Of a DNA stretch of 63,716 nt, positions 40,846 through 50,600 are shown one piece after another. The notes beneath the pieces are model-generated. The model saw nothing but the letters and a program-made list of their open reading frames with translations. It had not been told where the DNA came from and did not search any database. Within the stretch, counting starts at the first letter, position 1. Every line of letters begins with the position of its first letter. This DNA is from Polyangia bacterium (GTDB taxonomy: Bacteria; Myxococcota_A; Polyangia; Fen-1088): NCBI GenBank assembly GCA_045802645.1, contig JBJMQQ010000033.1, positions 1 to 63,716 of the forward strand, written 5' to 3'. A program made the translations under genes and the position numbers.

Positions 40846-41003
40846 GGATGAAGGATATCGATGCCGGTGGCATTCGTAAACTGCACACCTCCAATACCGT
40901 GAGGAGGGCCACATCGGTGTACGTGTGCGCAAGCCCGTCGCCACCGGCGATTTGGGTGGGTGTGAATGTGCGTCCGTCGGAAAAATCCTGCTAAGGTCGG
41001 CGC

Positions 41004-43496
41004 GTGGCGCCCCCAGCCGAAAGTCGGGTAAGCCGTTATCACCACTGGGTCACACGTCATCCAGTCGGGATCCTGATCGGCGTGTTGCTCGTGGGGGCGC
41101 TGGCGTCTTTTCTGGCTTCACGGCTCCAGCTGAAGACGGCGCTCGAAGAGCTGCTCCCCAGCAACGACCCGGGTGTCGTCACCCTGGAACGCACGCAAAA
41201 GCGGATGGGCGACCTGTCGCTGCTGCTGGTCGGCATCCGGTCCCCGGATCACGCGGCGAATCTGCGATACGCGGACGCGCTGACCGAAAAGTTGCGCGCC
41301 TTGCCGCCCCAGGTCGTGAACCTCGCGACCTACGAGATCCAGGATCTTCGGAAGTTCTTCCAGGACAACAAGTGGCTCTACGTCTCGGAGGACGACCTCG
41401 AATCGATCCGCGACCGCCTGCGCAACGAGATCAGCAAGCGGAAGAATCCGCTGTTCGTCACGCTGGATGACGAAGAGCCGGTCGACCAGCTGCAGAAGCG
41501 GCTCGAGCACAAGAACGGGATCGAAGAGCGATTCCCCGGGGGCGTGTTCACCAGCCCCGACGGGCAGTACGTCTGGATCGCGGCGCTGCCGCCCGGGGGG
41601 CTGTTCGGCGGACACGCGGGCGAGGCGCTCTACAACGCCGCCCGCCAGCTGATCGCCGAGGACCCGCCGACCCGCTACCACCCGCAGATGAAGGCCGAGC
41701 TTTCCGGCCCCATCGCGACGGGGATCGCCAACCGGCTGGCCATCGAACAGGATCTGGCGGTCGTCACGACCAGCTGCGTGCTGATCGTGGTGCTGTCGAT
41801 CGGCTTGTACTTCCGGCGGCTGCGGTCCATCCCGCTGACCGGCATCCCGGCTTTCGTGGGCGCGGTGATGGCCTTCGCGGTGGCCGACCTGGCGTTCGGG
41901 TACCTGAACTCGTCGACGGCGTTCCTGGGGTCGATCATCATCGGCAACGGCATCAACTACGCCATCGTGTTCATGTCCCGCTACGAGGAAGAGCGGGCAC
42001 GCGGGCGGGACCCGCTCGAGGCGCTCCGCTGTGCGCTGGGCGGCACGTGGCGCGGCACGCTGGTCGCGTCGATCGCCGCGTCGGCCGCCTACGCGTCGCT
42101 GACGGTGACCAGCTTCCGCGGGTTCTCGCAGTTCGGCGTGATGGGCGCCGTCGGCGCGCTGTCGTGCTGGGCGGCCACCTACACCGTGCTGCCGGCGCTG
42201 CTGGTGCTGCTGGACACGCGCCGGAACCGAAAGCTTCGCCCCCACCGGCCGCCGATCGAGCTGGGCCCGCTAGCCGGGTTCATCCGCCGGTTCAGCGCGC
42301 CCATCAGCGTCGTCTTCATCGGGCTGTCCGTGCTCAGTGTCGTCGGCCTGCGCCACTTCCTCAAAGACCCGTTCGAGTACAACTTCCTCAAGCTGAGCGT
42401 TCGCACCAGCCCCAACAGCGAAGCGCAGCAGTTCAGTCAGAGCCTCGACAAGCTGTTCGGGCGCTGGCCGTCGCCGACGGTCGTGCTGGCCGATTCGGTC
42501 GAGGACGTCGAGCCGATCAAGCAGGCGATCCGCAAGCAGGATCAAGACCTGCCCGGCCCGGACGTCATTGGCAACGTGGTGACGATCTACGACCTCCTGC
42601 CGGGGGCGCCGGACGCGCAGCAGCGCAAGCTGGACATGATCGCGCAAATTCGCAAGCTGACGCACGACCCGTCGCTGACGGTGCTGAACGACAAGGAGCG
42701 GGCCGACCTGGCCAAGATCGACCCGCCGGACGGGCTGCGGCTGGTGCAGCCGTCGGACCTGCCGCCGCTGGCGCGCCGGCCGTTCACCGAAAGCGACGGG
42801 ACCATCGGACGCGTCGTGCTGGTGTACGCCGCCGAGCACGGAATTTCGGTGTGGAACGGGCGCGACCTGCTGCGGATCGCGTCTGTGCTGCAGCACCTGC
42901 ACTTGCCCGGCGGCAAAGTGGTCGAGACGTCGGGCAGCGCGGTCGTGTTTGGCGCGATGATTCGCTCCGTACTGCGCGACGGTCCGATCGCGACCGTCGC
43001 GTCGCTGATCGCGGTGATCGTCATCGTGGCGTTCACGATTCGCCCGGCGCTGGCGGTGGTGATGGCGATCGGGACGCTGGTCCTGGGCGTGCTGCTGATG
43101 GTCGGCGCGGCCGGTTGGGCGCAGGTGCACGTCACCTTCTTGAACTTCATCGCGCTGCCCATCACGTTCGGCATCGGGGCCGAGTACGCGCTGAACGTGA
43201 TCACCCGGTACCGCGAAGAGCGGGCCATCCTGCCGGCGGTCGTCTCGGCGGGCGCCGCGGTTGCGCTCTGCTCGTGGACGACCATCGTCGGGTACGGATC
43301 GCTGCTGGCGGCGCGCAATCGCGCGCTGCAGGGGTTCGGGATGATGGCCATCCTGGGCGAGGTCGCCTGCTTGTCGGCGGCCATCGTGGCGCTGCCGGCG
43401 CTCTTGACGTGGCTGCGCGCGCGGCCGCTGGTCGGACAGAGCTCATCGCAGACGCCGCACACGGATGACCGCGCCGCGCCGGGCTCCGGCGCGTAG
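41004..43496 (+). CDS. MMPL/RND-superfamily transporter (HpnN-like architecture)
   Basis: 830 aa with two blocks of about 6 TM helices, each preceded by a large periplasmic loop. GNGINYAIVFMSRYEEER and ITFGIGAEYALNVITRYREER are duplicated MMPL/SSD-type segments. Confidence 0.8.
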   Translation: MAPPAESRVSRYHHWVTRHPVGILIGVLLVGALASFLASRLQLKTALEELLPSNDPGVVTLERTQKRMGDLSLLLVGIRSPDHAANLRYADALTEKLRALPPQVVNLATYEIQDLRKFFQDNKWLYVSEDDLESIRDRLRNEISKRKNPLFVTLDDEEPVDQLQKRLEHKNGIEERFPGGVFTSPDGQYVWIAALPPGGLFGGHAGEALYNAARQLIAEDPPTRYHPQMKAELSGPIATGIANRLAIEQDLAVVTTSCVLIVVLSIGLYFRRLRSIPLTGIPAFVGAVMAFAVADLAFGYLNSSTAFLGSIIIGNGINYAIVFMSRYEEERARGRDPLEALRCALGGTWRGTLVASIAASAAYASLTVTSFRGFSQFGVMGAVGALSCWAATYTVLPALLVLLDTRRNRKLRPHRPPIELGPLAGFIRRFSAPISVVFIGLSVLSVVGLRHFLKDPFEYNFLKLSVRTSPNSEAQQFSQSLDKLFGRWPSPTVVLADSVEDVEPIKQAIRKQDQDLPGPDVIGNVVTIYDLLPGAPDAQQRKLDMIAQIRKLTHDPSLTVLNDKERADLAKIDPPDGLRLVQPSDLPPLARRPFTESDGTIGRVVLVYAAEHGISVWNGRDLLRIASVLQHLHLPGGKVVETSGSAVVFGAMIRSVLRDGPIATVASLIAVIVIVAFTIRPALAVVMAIGTLVLGVLLMVGAAGWAQVHVTFLNFIALPITFGIGAEYALNVITRYREERAILPAVVSAGAAVALCSWTTIVGYGSLLAARNRALQGFGMMAILGEVACLSAAIVALPALLTWLRARPLVGQSSSQTPHTDDRAAPGSGA

Positions 43497-43501
43497 GCGC
43501 G

Positions 43502-45205
43502 ATGACGGCGCTCGGATCGGACGCAACCCCGCGAGGTGAGTTGACGGCAGGTGAGACGACGACCTGGTCCGCCCGGACGACGTGGGCGGCGCTGGGCGCC
43601 GTGCTGGCGGCGCGCCTGCTGTACCTGGCCCGCTATGGCTGGGACATCGGCTGGATGAACCTGGGGTATCTGGAGCATGCCCGCGAGCTGGCGCTGGGCC
43701 GTGGGCAAGCCTCGGAGGAGCAACCGCTGGCGTACTTCGCGCTCGTGGCGGCGCGCCGGCTGGGGCTGAGCGCGCTGGGCGCGAACGAGGCCGTGTACCT
43801 GGCGGCGCACCTGCTGCTGGCGGCGGGCGCGATCGCGATCGCGCGTTTCGTGTGGCCGGCGGCGTCGCGCCGGCGGCAAAGGACGTTCGTGGCGACGCTG
43901 GCGCTGTTGCCGCTGCTGGCGTCGCAGTCCGGGCGCAACAACCTGGGCGTCACCCTGGCGGCCGGACTGTCGGCCGGCGCGCTGGGTGCGGCGGCGGCTG
44001 CGTCCGTGCGCGGGCGCTGGGCGCCGGCGTTGCTGGCGGCGGCGCTGGCCGCGCTGGCGGCGACGGCGCGGTACGAAGCGCTGTTGACCTGCGGCGGCGC
44101 TGCGCTGGTGCTGGCGCTGCTGGTCGCGCGGCGACCCGACCTGGGCGCGGGGCGCCGGGCTGGTGCCGCCCTGGCGGTCGGGGCGCTGGCCGGCGAGGCG
44201 TCGGTGATCGCGATCCGGCGGGCGCTGTCCGGTGGAGCCACGACGGGCGACCCGACGTACGCCTTTTACACCTTCTTCGACGGGCTGCCGTTGCTGATGT
44301 ACCCGCACCTGCCGGGGACGGAGTACGGTCGCTACCGCGCATCCATCGGGTATTTTGGGGGCTTCGACGCAAACCACGGCAGCCTGGTGCACGCGCTGCT
44401 GCATCACCCCGGGTTCACGCTGCTGCGGATCGTGACGAAGCCGATCGACCTGCTACTGGTGCTGCTCTGGCTGTACGCGCTGACGCCCGTTGGCGTCGGG
44501 CTGGCGGCGTTCGGGGCTGCGCGCGTCGGCCCTCCCGCGCGGTGGGGCCGCGGGTGGCTGCTGGCCGCGTATTTGTTGCCGGTCGGAATGCTGTTCGTCC
44601 CGCAGCAGAACCCCGCCTACTACGTCAGCATCGCCGTCCCGCTGCTGCTGGCCGTCGCACGCGGCGCGGACCGCGTGGCCGACCGGCTGCATGCGACGAC
44701 GGCGCGCGCGCTCGGCGCGGCGACCATCGTCGGCGCCGTCGTGCTCATCGCGGCCGCCGGCAAGCTGAGCGTCACCAACAGCCGCGCGCTGAACGCCGCC
44801 GTACCTTATCTGGAGGCGCGGTGCGAGACCGGCTGCCTCACGAACGTGCTTCCTCAGTCGCTGCGCGACCAAGCCTGGGTGGCCATCGACGTGGGCGCGC
44901 CACTTCCGCCGCGCGAGCACCGCACCGAGCGCCTCATCTTCGGCGGTCTGACCGGCCATGACAGCGAGCTCTACGAGTTCTGCAACCGCGTCCAGCGCTC
45001 GCGCGCGGCGGGCTTCTCCGGCCCGGTCCTCTGGGTCGATGCGCAGATCCAGAGCTTCAAGGTGTTCGACGCCGACTTCGACCCGGAGGTCCGGTACCAG
45101 GGGACCATCGACCGCAGTTTGCTGGTCCAGGAGCAACGCTTCGCTGTCGGCGGTGACGCGGTGGCCATCTCGCGCCTGCCCGGCGACCAGCCCTGCCGGC
45201 GATGA
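43502..45205 (+). CDS. Polytopic membrane protein (about 11-13 TM helices) with a C-terminal soluble domain; possibly a GT-C-fold glycosyltransferase
   Basis: Hydrophobic Ala/Leu-rich helices through about aa 440, then a soluble domain of about 120 aa. It starts 5 nt after the MMPL stop. The GT-C assignment rests only on size and topology. Confidence 0.5.
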   Translation: MTALGSDATPRGELTAGETTTWSARTTWAALGAVLAARLLYLARYGWDIGWMNLGYLEHARELALGRGQASEEQPLAYFALVAARRLGLSALGANEAVYLAAHLLLAAGAIAIARFVWPAASRRRQRTFVATLALLPLLASQSGRNNLGVTLAAGLSAGALGAAAAASVRGRWAPALLAAALAALAATARYEALLTCGGAALVLALLVARRPDLGAGRRAGAALAVGALAGEASVIAIRRALSGGATTGDPTYAFYTFFDGLPLLMYPHLPGTEYGRYRASIGYFGGFDANHGSLVHALLHHPGFTLLRIVTKPIDLLLVLLWLYALTPVGVGLAAFGAARVGPPARWGRGWLLAAYLLPVGMLFVPQQNPAYYVSIAVPLLLAVARGADRVADRLHATTARALGAATIVGAVVLIAAAGKLSVTNSRALNAAVPYLEARCETGCLTNVLPQSLRDQAWVAIDVGAPLPPREHRTERLIFGGLTGHDSELYEFCNRVQRSRAAGFSGPVLWVDAQIQSFKVFDADFDPEVRYQGTIDRSLLVQEQRFAVGGDAVAISRLPGDQPCRR

Positions 45206-45244
45206 ACAATTTGGGCGGCTCGACGGTTGAGGTTATCGTGAGTC

Positions 45245-45847
45245 ATGCGGTCGTCGATGGGAGTGCTGGTCGTTTCGGTGGCGTGGGCGCTGGGCTGCGG
45301 GGGCTCGTCGAACGGAAAGAGCCTCGACTGCGCCTACCTGGCCAGCGACAACTGCTGGAAGACGACCGCCGCGTCGGCGAGTAGCTGTCTGCCCGCCGAA
45401 TCAGAGGTGGGCACGCTGAGCGCCGACGGGAAGACTTGCACGTACGCCAGCGGCTCCGTCGTGACGTTCACGCCGGCGCTGGTGCTGCCGCTGCCGACGA
45501 ACGGGACCCACACCTGGAACTTCAGCGTCACGGCGGCCGGCGGCGCCATGTGCCTGGCGTACAAGGATGACGGCAACAGCGCGATCACCCTCACCGTCCA
45601 GGGGCAGACGGTCAAGGAGTCGGGCTCCGGAGGGCTCGGTATCGCGCTGACGTGTCCCGACGGAACCAGCTACTCGAATTCGAACGCGTTCTCGCTGTTC
45701 GATTGCCCTGACGCCGGACTGCTGGGCGGGTTGCCGGGTACGGGCTGGTCCAGCACGGACACCTCCGTCAGCTTGTCGTTGCTCGCCGCAAGCTCCGGGT
45801 CCGACAGCGGTGGGCTGCCGGTCTTCAACTGCCAGAAGAGCCAGTAG
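45245..45847 (+). CDS. Lipoprotein, family not recognised
   Basis: Lipobox VAWALGC, 8 further Cys, good GC3 bias, 39 nt downstream of the preceding gene. Confidence 0.55.
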   Translation: MRSSMGVLVVSVAWALGCGGSSNGKSLDCAYLASDNCWKTTAASASSCLPAESEVGTLSADGKTCTYASGSVVTFTPALVLPLPTNGTHTWNFSVTAAGGAMCLAYKDDGNSAITLTVQGQTVKESGSGGLGIALTCPDGTSYSNSNAFSLFDCPDAGLLGGLPGTGWSSTDTSVSLSLLAASSGSDSGGLPVFNCQKSQ

Positions 45848-45865
45848 CGGCTTCCCGCCGGACGC

Positions 45866-46099
45866 CTAGTGGCGCAGGCGCAGGACGTCGGCGGTCGAAA
45901 CGATCAGGAACAGGCCCATCAGGATCCAGACGATCCCGAAGGTCAGGTGGCGCTTGCGGGCTTTCGCTTGCTGGGGCGTGTCCTCGGACAGCTCCTTCGC
46001 GGCGTTTCGGCGGCCCAGCGTGACGGCGCGCATCGCGCCGAAGATCACCAGCAGGGCGCCGACGACATAGAAGAACAGCGGTGGGATGACGACGTTCAT
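45866..46099 (-). CDS. Small two-TM membrane protein
   Basis: 77 aa. Helices FFYVVGALLVIFGAM and FGIVWILMGLFLIVS. The ATG lies 2 nt after the rny stop. Confidence 0.5.
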   Translation of the reverse strand: MNVVIPPLFFYVVGALLVIFGAMRAVTLGRRNAAKELSEDTPQQAKARKRHLTFGIVWILMGLFLIVSTADVLRLRH

Positions 46100-46101
46100 G
46101 T

Positions 46102-47676
46102 TCAGCTCGCGACCTCGACCGCCCTCAGCTCACGGATGACGGTCACCCGAATCTGCCCCGGAAACCGCATCTCGCGCGAGATTTTTCCGGCGATCTCCGT
46201 CGAAAGGTTCACGGCCGCCAGGTCGTCGACCCGGTTCTGCTCGACGTAGACGCGCACCTCGCGGCCACCCTGGACGGCGAACGCCTCGGCGACGCCCGGG
46301 AAGCTGCGGGTGATGCGCTCGAGATCCTCGACGCGCATCAGGTAGCTCTCGTCCGTCTGGCGGCGCGCGCCTGGCCGCCCGCCCGACATGGCGTCGGCGC
46401 CGGCCACCAGGTAAGCGTACGGGCTGTTGAAAGGCTCGTCGGTGTGGTGCGCCCCGATGGCATTCGCGACGACCTCGGCCTCGCCCAGGCGCCGCGCGAA
46501 GTCCGCCCCGATGACGGCGTGCGACCCGTCCAGCTCGTGGGTCAGCGCCTTGCCGATGTCGTGCATCAGCGCCGCGCGGCGCGCCGTCTTTTCGTCGAGT
46601 CCCAGCTCGTCGGCCATCATGCCGCACAGGTAAGCCGCCTCGACGGCATGCTTCCATTGGTTTTGCGTGTAGCTGGTTCGGTAGTTCAACCGGCCGACCA
46701 GCCGGACGATCTCGGCATGCGCAGGCGGGATCTCCAGCATCTGGAAAGCCCGCCGTCCCAGGTCGTCCAGCTCACGATCCAGCGCGGCAGCGATCTCGCG
46801 ACCCGCCTGCGCCACCTTGGCCGGATCCGCCGCGAGTGACGGCTGGCGCTGCAGGCGCGACAGCACGCGCCGAGCGACCTCACGGCCGACACCGTCCAGG
46901 CCCTCGAGACGGATCGCGTCGCGTGGCTCGTTGATCGCCAGCGTCACGCCCGCCGCCGATTCGATGGCCCGCAGGTTGGCGTCGTCCGGTCCGGTGATCG
47001 CCGCGCCGGCGGCGCCCGGCGGCAGCGGGATGATCGCGTGCAGGCGCTCGGTCAGGTAGTGGCCGTAAAAGCGCCCGACGGCGATCCCCATGACGCGCTT
47101 GGCGCGCTTGGTCGCCGCCTCGACGGCCGCCTCCGTCACGACCCGGGCTGTGCGCGCGGCGCTGACGCGAGCCTCCTCGACCTCCGACTCCCGCAGCGTC
47201 GCGAGGACCTCCTCGGCTGACTGCCGCGCCGCCTGCTCCAGCGCGCCGCGGGCGGCGGCATCGGCCTGCGCCCGCTGTTCGCGCGCGGCGCGCGTCTGGG
47301 CTTCGACCGCAGCGAGCCGTGCCTTGGCGGCCGCCGTCCGGGCCGCTGCTTCGTCCGCCGCCGCGACGCGCTCACGCTGCTCCGCCTGGCGGCGCGCCAG
47401 GGTGGCGGCGCGCGCTTCCAGCTCCGCCCGGCGCGCGATCAGCTGCGCCTCGACGGAGGCCGCGGCTGCGCGGGCGTCTTCCAGCCCGGTCACCTCGACG
47501 GCGCGCAGGATCTCGGCGGACTCCGTCTGGGCGGTGCGCGCGATCGCTGCCGTGATCTGGTCGATCGCGGCCGACATCAGCCGCGCGCGCTGCCACGCGG
47601 CTCGCCGCCCCAGCCAGGCGCCGGCCCCGGCGGCCACCGCCGCCAGAACCAGCACCGCCAAGGTCGACATCATCAT
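46102..47676 (-). CDS. rny: Ribonuclease Y
   Basis: N-terminal TM helix, long Ala/Glu/Arg coiled-coil, KH region (ITGPDDANLRAIESAAGVTLAI), HD domain (HAVEAAYLCGMMA...ALMHDIGKA...HHTDEP). C-terminal REVRVYVEQNRV...MRFPGQIRVTVIRE is typical of RNase Y. Confidence 0.9.
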   Translation of the reverse strand: MMMSTLAVLVLAAVAAGAGAWLGRRAAWQRARLMSAAIDQITAAIARTAQTESAEILRAVEVTGLEDARAAAASVEAQLIARRAELEARAATLARRQAEQRERVAAADEAAARTAAAKARLAAVEAQTRAAREQRAQADAAARGALEQAARQSAEEVLATLRESEVEEARVSAARTARVVTEAAVEAATKRAKRVMGIAVGRFYGHYLTERLHAIIPLPPGAAGAAITGPDDANLRAIESAAGVTLAINEPRDAIRLEGLDGVGREVARRVLSRLQRQPSLAADPAKVAQAGREIAAALDRELDDLGRRAFQMLEIPPAHAEIVRLVGRLNYRTSYTQNQWKHAVEAAYLCGMMADELGLDEKTARRAALMHDIGKALTHELDGSHAVIGADFARRLGEAEVVANAIGAHHTDEPFNSPYAYLVAGADAMSGGRPGARRQTDESYLMRVEDLERITRSFPGVAEAFAVQGGREVRVYVEQNRVDDLAAVNLSTEIAGKISREMRFPGQIRVTVIRELRAVEVAS

Positions 47677-47687
47677 CGGACGGGCCG

Positions 47688-50600
47688 CTAGCCCTGCCCG
47701 ATCCCTAGACCCAGGTGCTCGCGAACCGCGAAGTATTCGTCCGAGATCGACCAGAGGATCAGGTCGCGGACCTTGTCCTTCGGATCGGCGACCCCGATCG
47801 AGACCGGCTCGGTCTGCACCAAGCGCGTCGCGACGTCGAGATCGTTGCAGATCAGGAACCCGGCGCGCGTGGCCGTCAGGTCGACCGCATTCGCCCACCG
47901 GTGGATGTCGGCTTCGCCCTTGCCGGCGACGAACCGCTGGACGACCGCCACCAGTTGCTCCCGTGCCTGCGGCGGGACCGTCTTGGTCAGCAGGTCCAGG
48001 TAGCTGGTCACGGCCTGCGCCACGTCGGCCTTCACCTCCAGCTTCGGATGAACCAGCTTCAGCGCCGCAAGGAAAAGCACCTTCAGCTCGGCGACCGTCG
48101 GGACGACCGTCGGCCAGCGGACGAAGTGATCCGGCCGCATGAACGTCAGCTTCTTGCCAACGACGTAGGCCAGGTCCTTCTCGGGGCGCCCCTGCAGCAG
48201 GCTGGCCCCGACGACAAACGACGGGATCAGCTGCGTCTTTTCACGCGCGTTCGCCAGGTCCAGCTCACCGGGCGATTCCGGCCGCAGATACAGCTCCGGC
48301 TGCGGCACGCCCAGCACCTGGTTCACGTAGTTGAAGACCTTGCTGAACAGCAGCTGGTCGGTCGCGACGTCGCGCCGATCTTTGCGCTTGAGCCCCCAGT
48401 CCTTGTGCTCTTTCGCGCGCCCGCTCGCCACCGCCTGGCTGACGGTCGCGAAGATGTGCGAGATGTAGCGGTCCTCGTCGGGGTGGTAGATGTTCTTCCA
48501 CAGCTCCTCGGTGAGGCGCGCCTTGGCGCGGACGAAGCCCTTCGGCCGGTACTGCTCGAAGAACTGCTGCTCCTCGGGATCCGCCTTGCGCAGGAATGCC
48601 ATCGCGGCCGCCACGCACCAGGCGCGGTCGTACTGCTGCATCGCCATGTAGAGGCCGCGCAGCGTCTTCATGTAGATGGCCATCTGCCCCAGGTCCTGAT
48701 TCGAACGAATCAGGTGGCGGTACTCGTTCACCGCCTTGTCGTAGGACTCGGGCCCCGACAGCTGGTACAGCTCGGCCAGGATCTGGTGGCGCGGCGTCGC
48801 GTCCGGATCCAGCTGCACGCAGACCTCGAAGGCCGCCGTCGCCGCCTTGAAGTCCTTGAGGCGCGAGCGGTAGATCTCGCCCAGGCCGTGCCACAGCGCG
48901 ATCTGCGTCGGCTTGCGCTCCGCGGGCGGCTCCTGACCGATGCGCTTGATCATGCGCCGGTAGTTCCGCTCCTGGTTCTTCCAGTCCTTCTTCGCGGTCA
49001 TGATCTTGTCGATCCGCTCGAAGGCCTTCAGGTCGTCCGGGTCCTCGTCGAGGGCCTGGTTGTAAAGCTCCACCGCCTCGTCCGTCGAGTGCAGCTCGTA
49101 GTTGGCGATGTTGCCCGCCGCCACCAGGTAGCGCGCCTTGACCTTGCCGCTCTCCAGCTCGGCCAGCTTGGTCAGGATCTCCATCGCCTTCTTCCACTGC
49201 TTGGTCTCGCTGAAGAGATCCAAGAGCGAGTGCAGCAACTGGCGATCGTTCGGCTTGTAGTTGAGCGCCTCGAGATGCGCCGCGATGGCCTTCTGCGGGT
49301 TGTTGAGCTTGTCCTTGTAGATGCCCGCGATCTCCTCGGAGATCGTGAACTTCTCTTCGGGCTGCGTGGCCGGCGCCGCCAGCAGCGCGCGCTTCTGCTT
49401 GATGACCGCCTCGAAGTCGCCCGCGTCGGTGTAAAGCTCGATCAGCGCCTGGAGGGTCGCCCGGTGCCCGGGCTGAATCTCCAGCGCCTTCTCGAACATG
49501 TTCACCGCCTTGGTGCGCTCATTCAGCTTCAGCTTGATGCGCCCCAGGCGGAAGAAGATGTCGACGATCTCGTCGTCCTTCTGCGTGTCCCGGTGGTGGA
49601 CCAGGATCGTCTGGTAGATGCGGAACGCATCGTCCCAGTGCTCCAGCCGGTACAGAAGGCCGGCTCGATCCACCAGCGTCGGCAGATACGTCGAATCGAG
49701 GTCGTAGGACTGCTTGTAGTACTTGAGCGCCTTCTCGTTTTCGCCCAGACGATCGGCCGCCTTGGCCAGCCGGTGATAGAGCTGCGTCAGCTCTCGGTTG
49801 GTCTTCTTGTCGGCCTTGCGGGCCAGCATCTCCAGCACGGGGACCAGCGGCGCCCACTCTTCGCGCTTGAAGTAGATCTGCGCCAGCGGCTCGCCCGTCT
49901 CGACGTGCTCCGGATCCAGCTGCATGACCCGCGCGTAGAGATCGGCGGCCTGCCCCTCGTCGCCCAGCTTCTCCTGGAAGATCTTGCCGGCCTCGTGCAG
50001 CAGGCGCGTCTTCTCCAGCGGGTTCACCGGGGCCGCTTCGGCGCGGACCCTCAGCTGCGCGGCCTTCTGCCAGTCGCCGCGGCGCTTGAAGTTGCCCAAC
50101 AGCGACAGCATCGACGGGACGTGCGCCGGATCCTGTGACAGGGCCTCGACCAGGTACTCCTGGGCGGGCTCCGGATCCTTCATCTGCTCGTCGAAGATGC
50201 GTCCCAACCGATAGTTGAGGTCGACCTTCTGCTTCGGATCCGCGCTGATGCGGATCAGGCGCCGCATCACCTCCACGGCGCGATCCCACTGCTCGGTCTC
50301 TTCGTAGAGGCGCGCGATGCCGGCCAGCGCCTCCGGGTGCTCAGCCTCGACGCTGAGCACGTCGTTGTACGACTCGATGGCGCGATCCAGATCGCGGAGC
50401 TCTTGCTCGTAGATCTGACCCATCTTCGTGAAGATCTCGATGCGCTCGTTGGCGTCGGTCGCGACGGCCAGGTGCTTGCGGTAGGTCTCGACAAGCGCCT
50501 CCCACTTGCGCTCTTGCCGGTACAGCCGCTCGAGATCGCGGTACGCCTTCGCGTTCTTCTCGTCGATGAGAAGGATCTTCTCGATGACCTCCGCCGCCCG

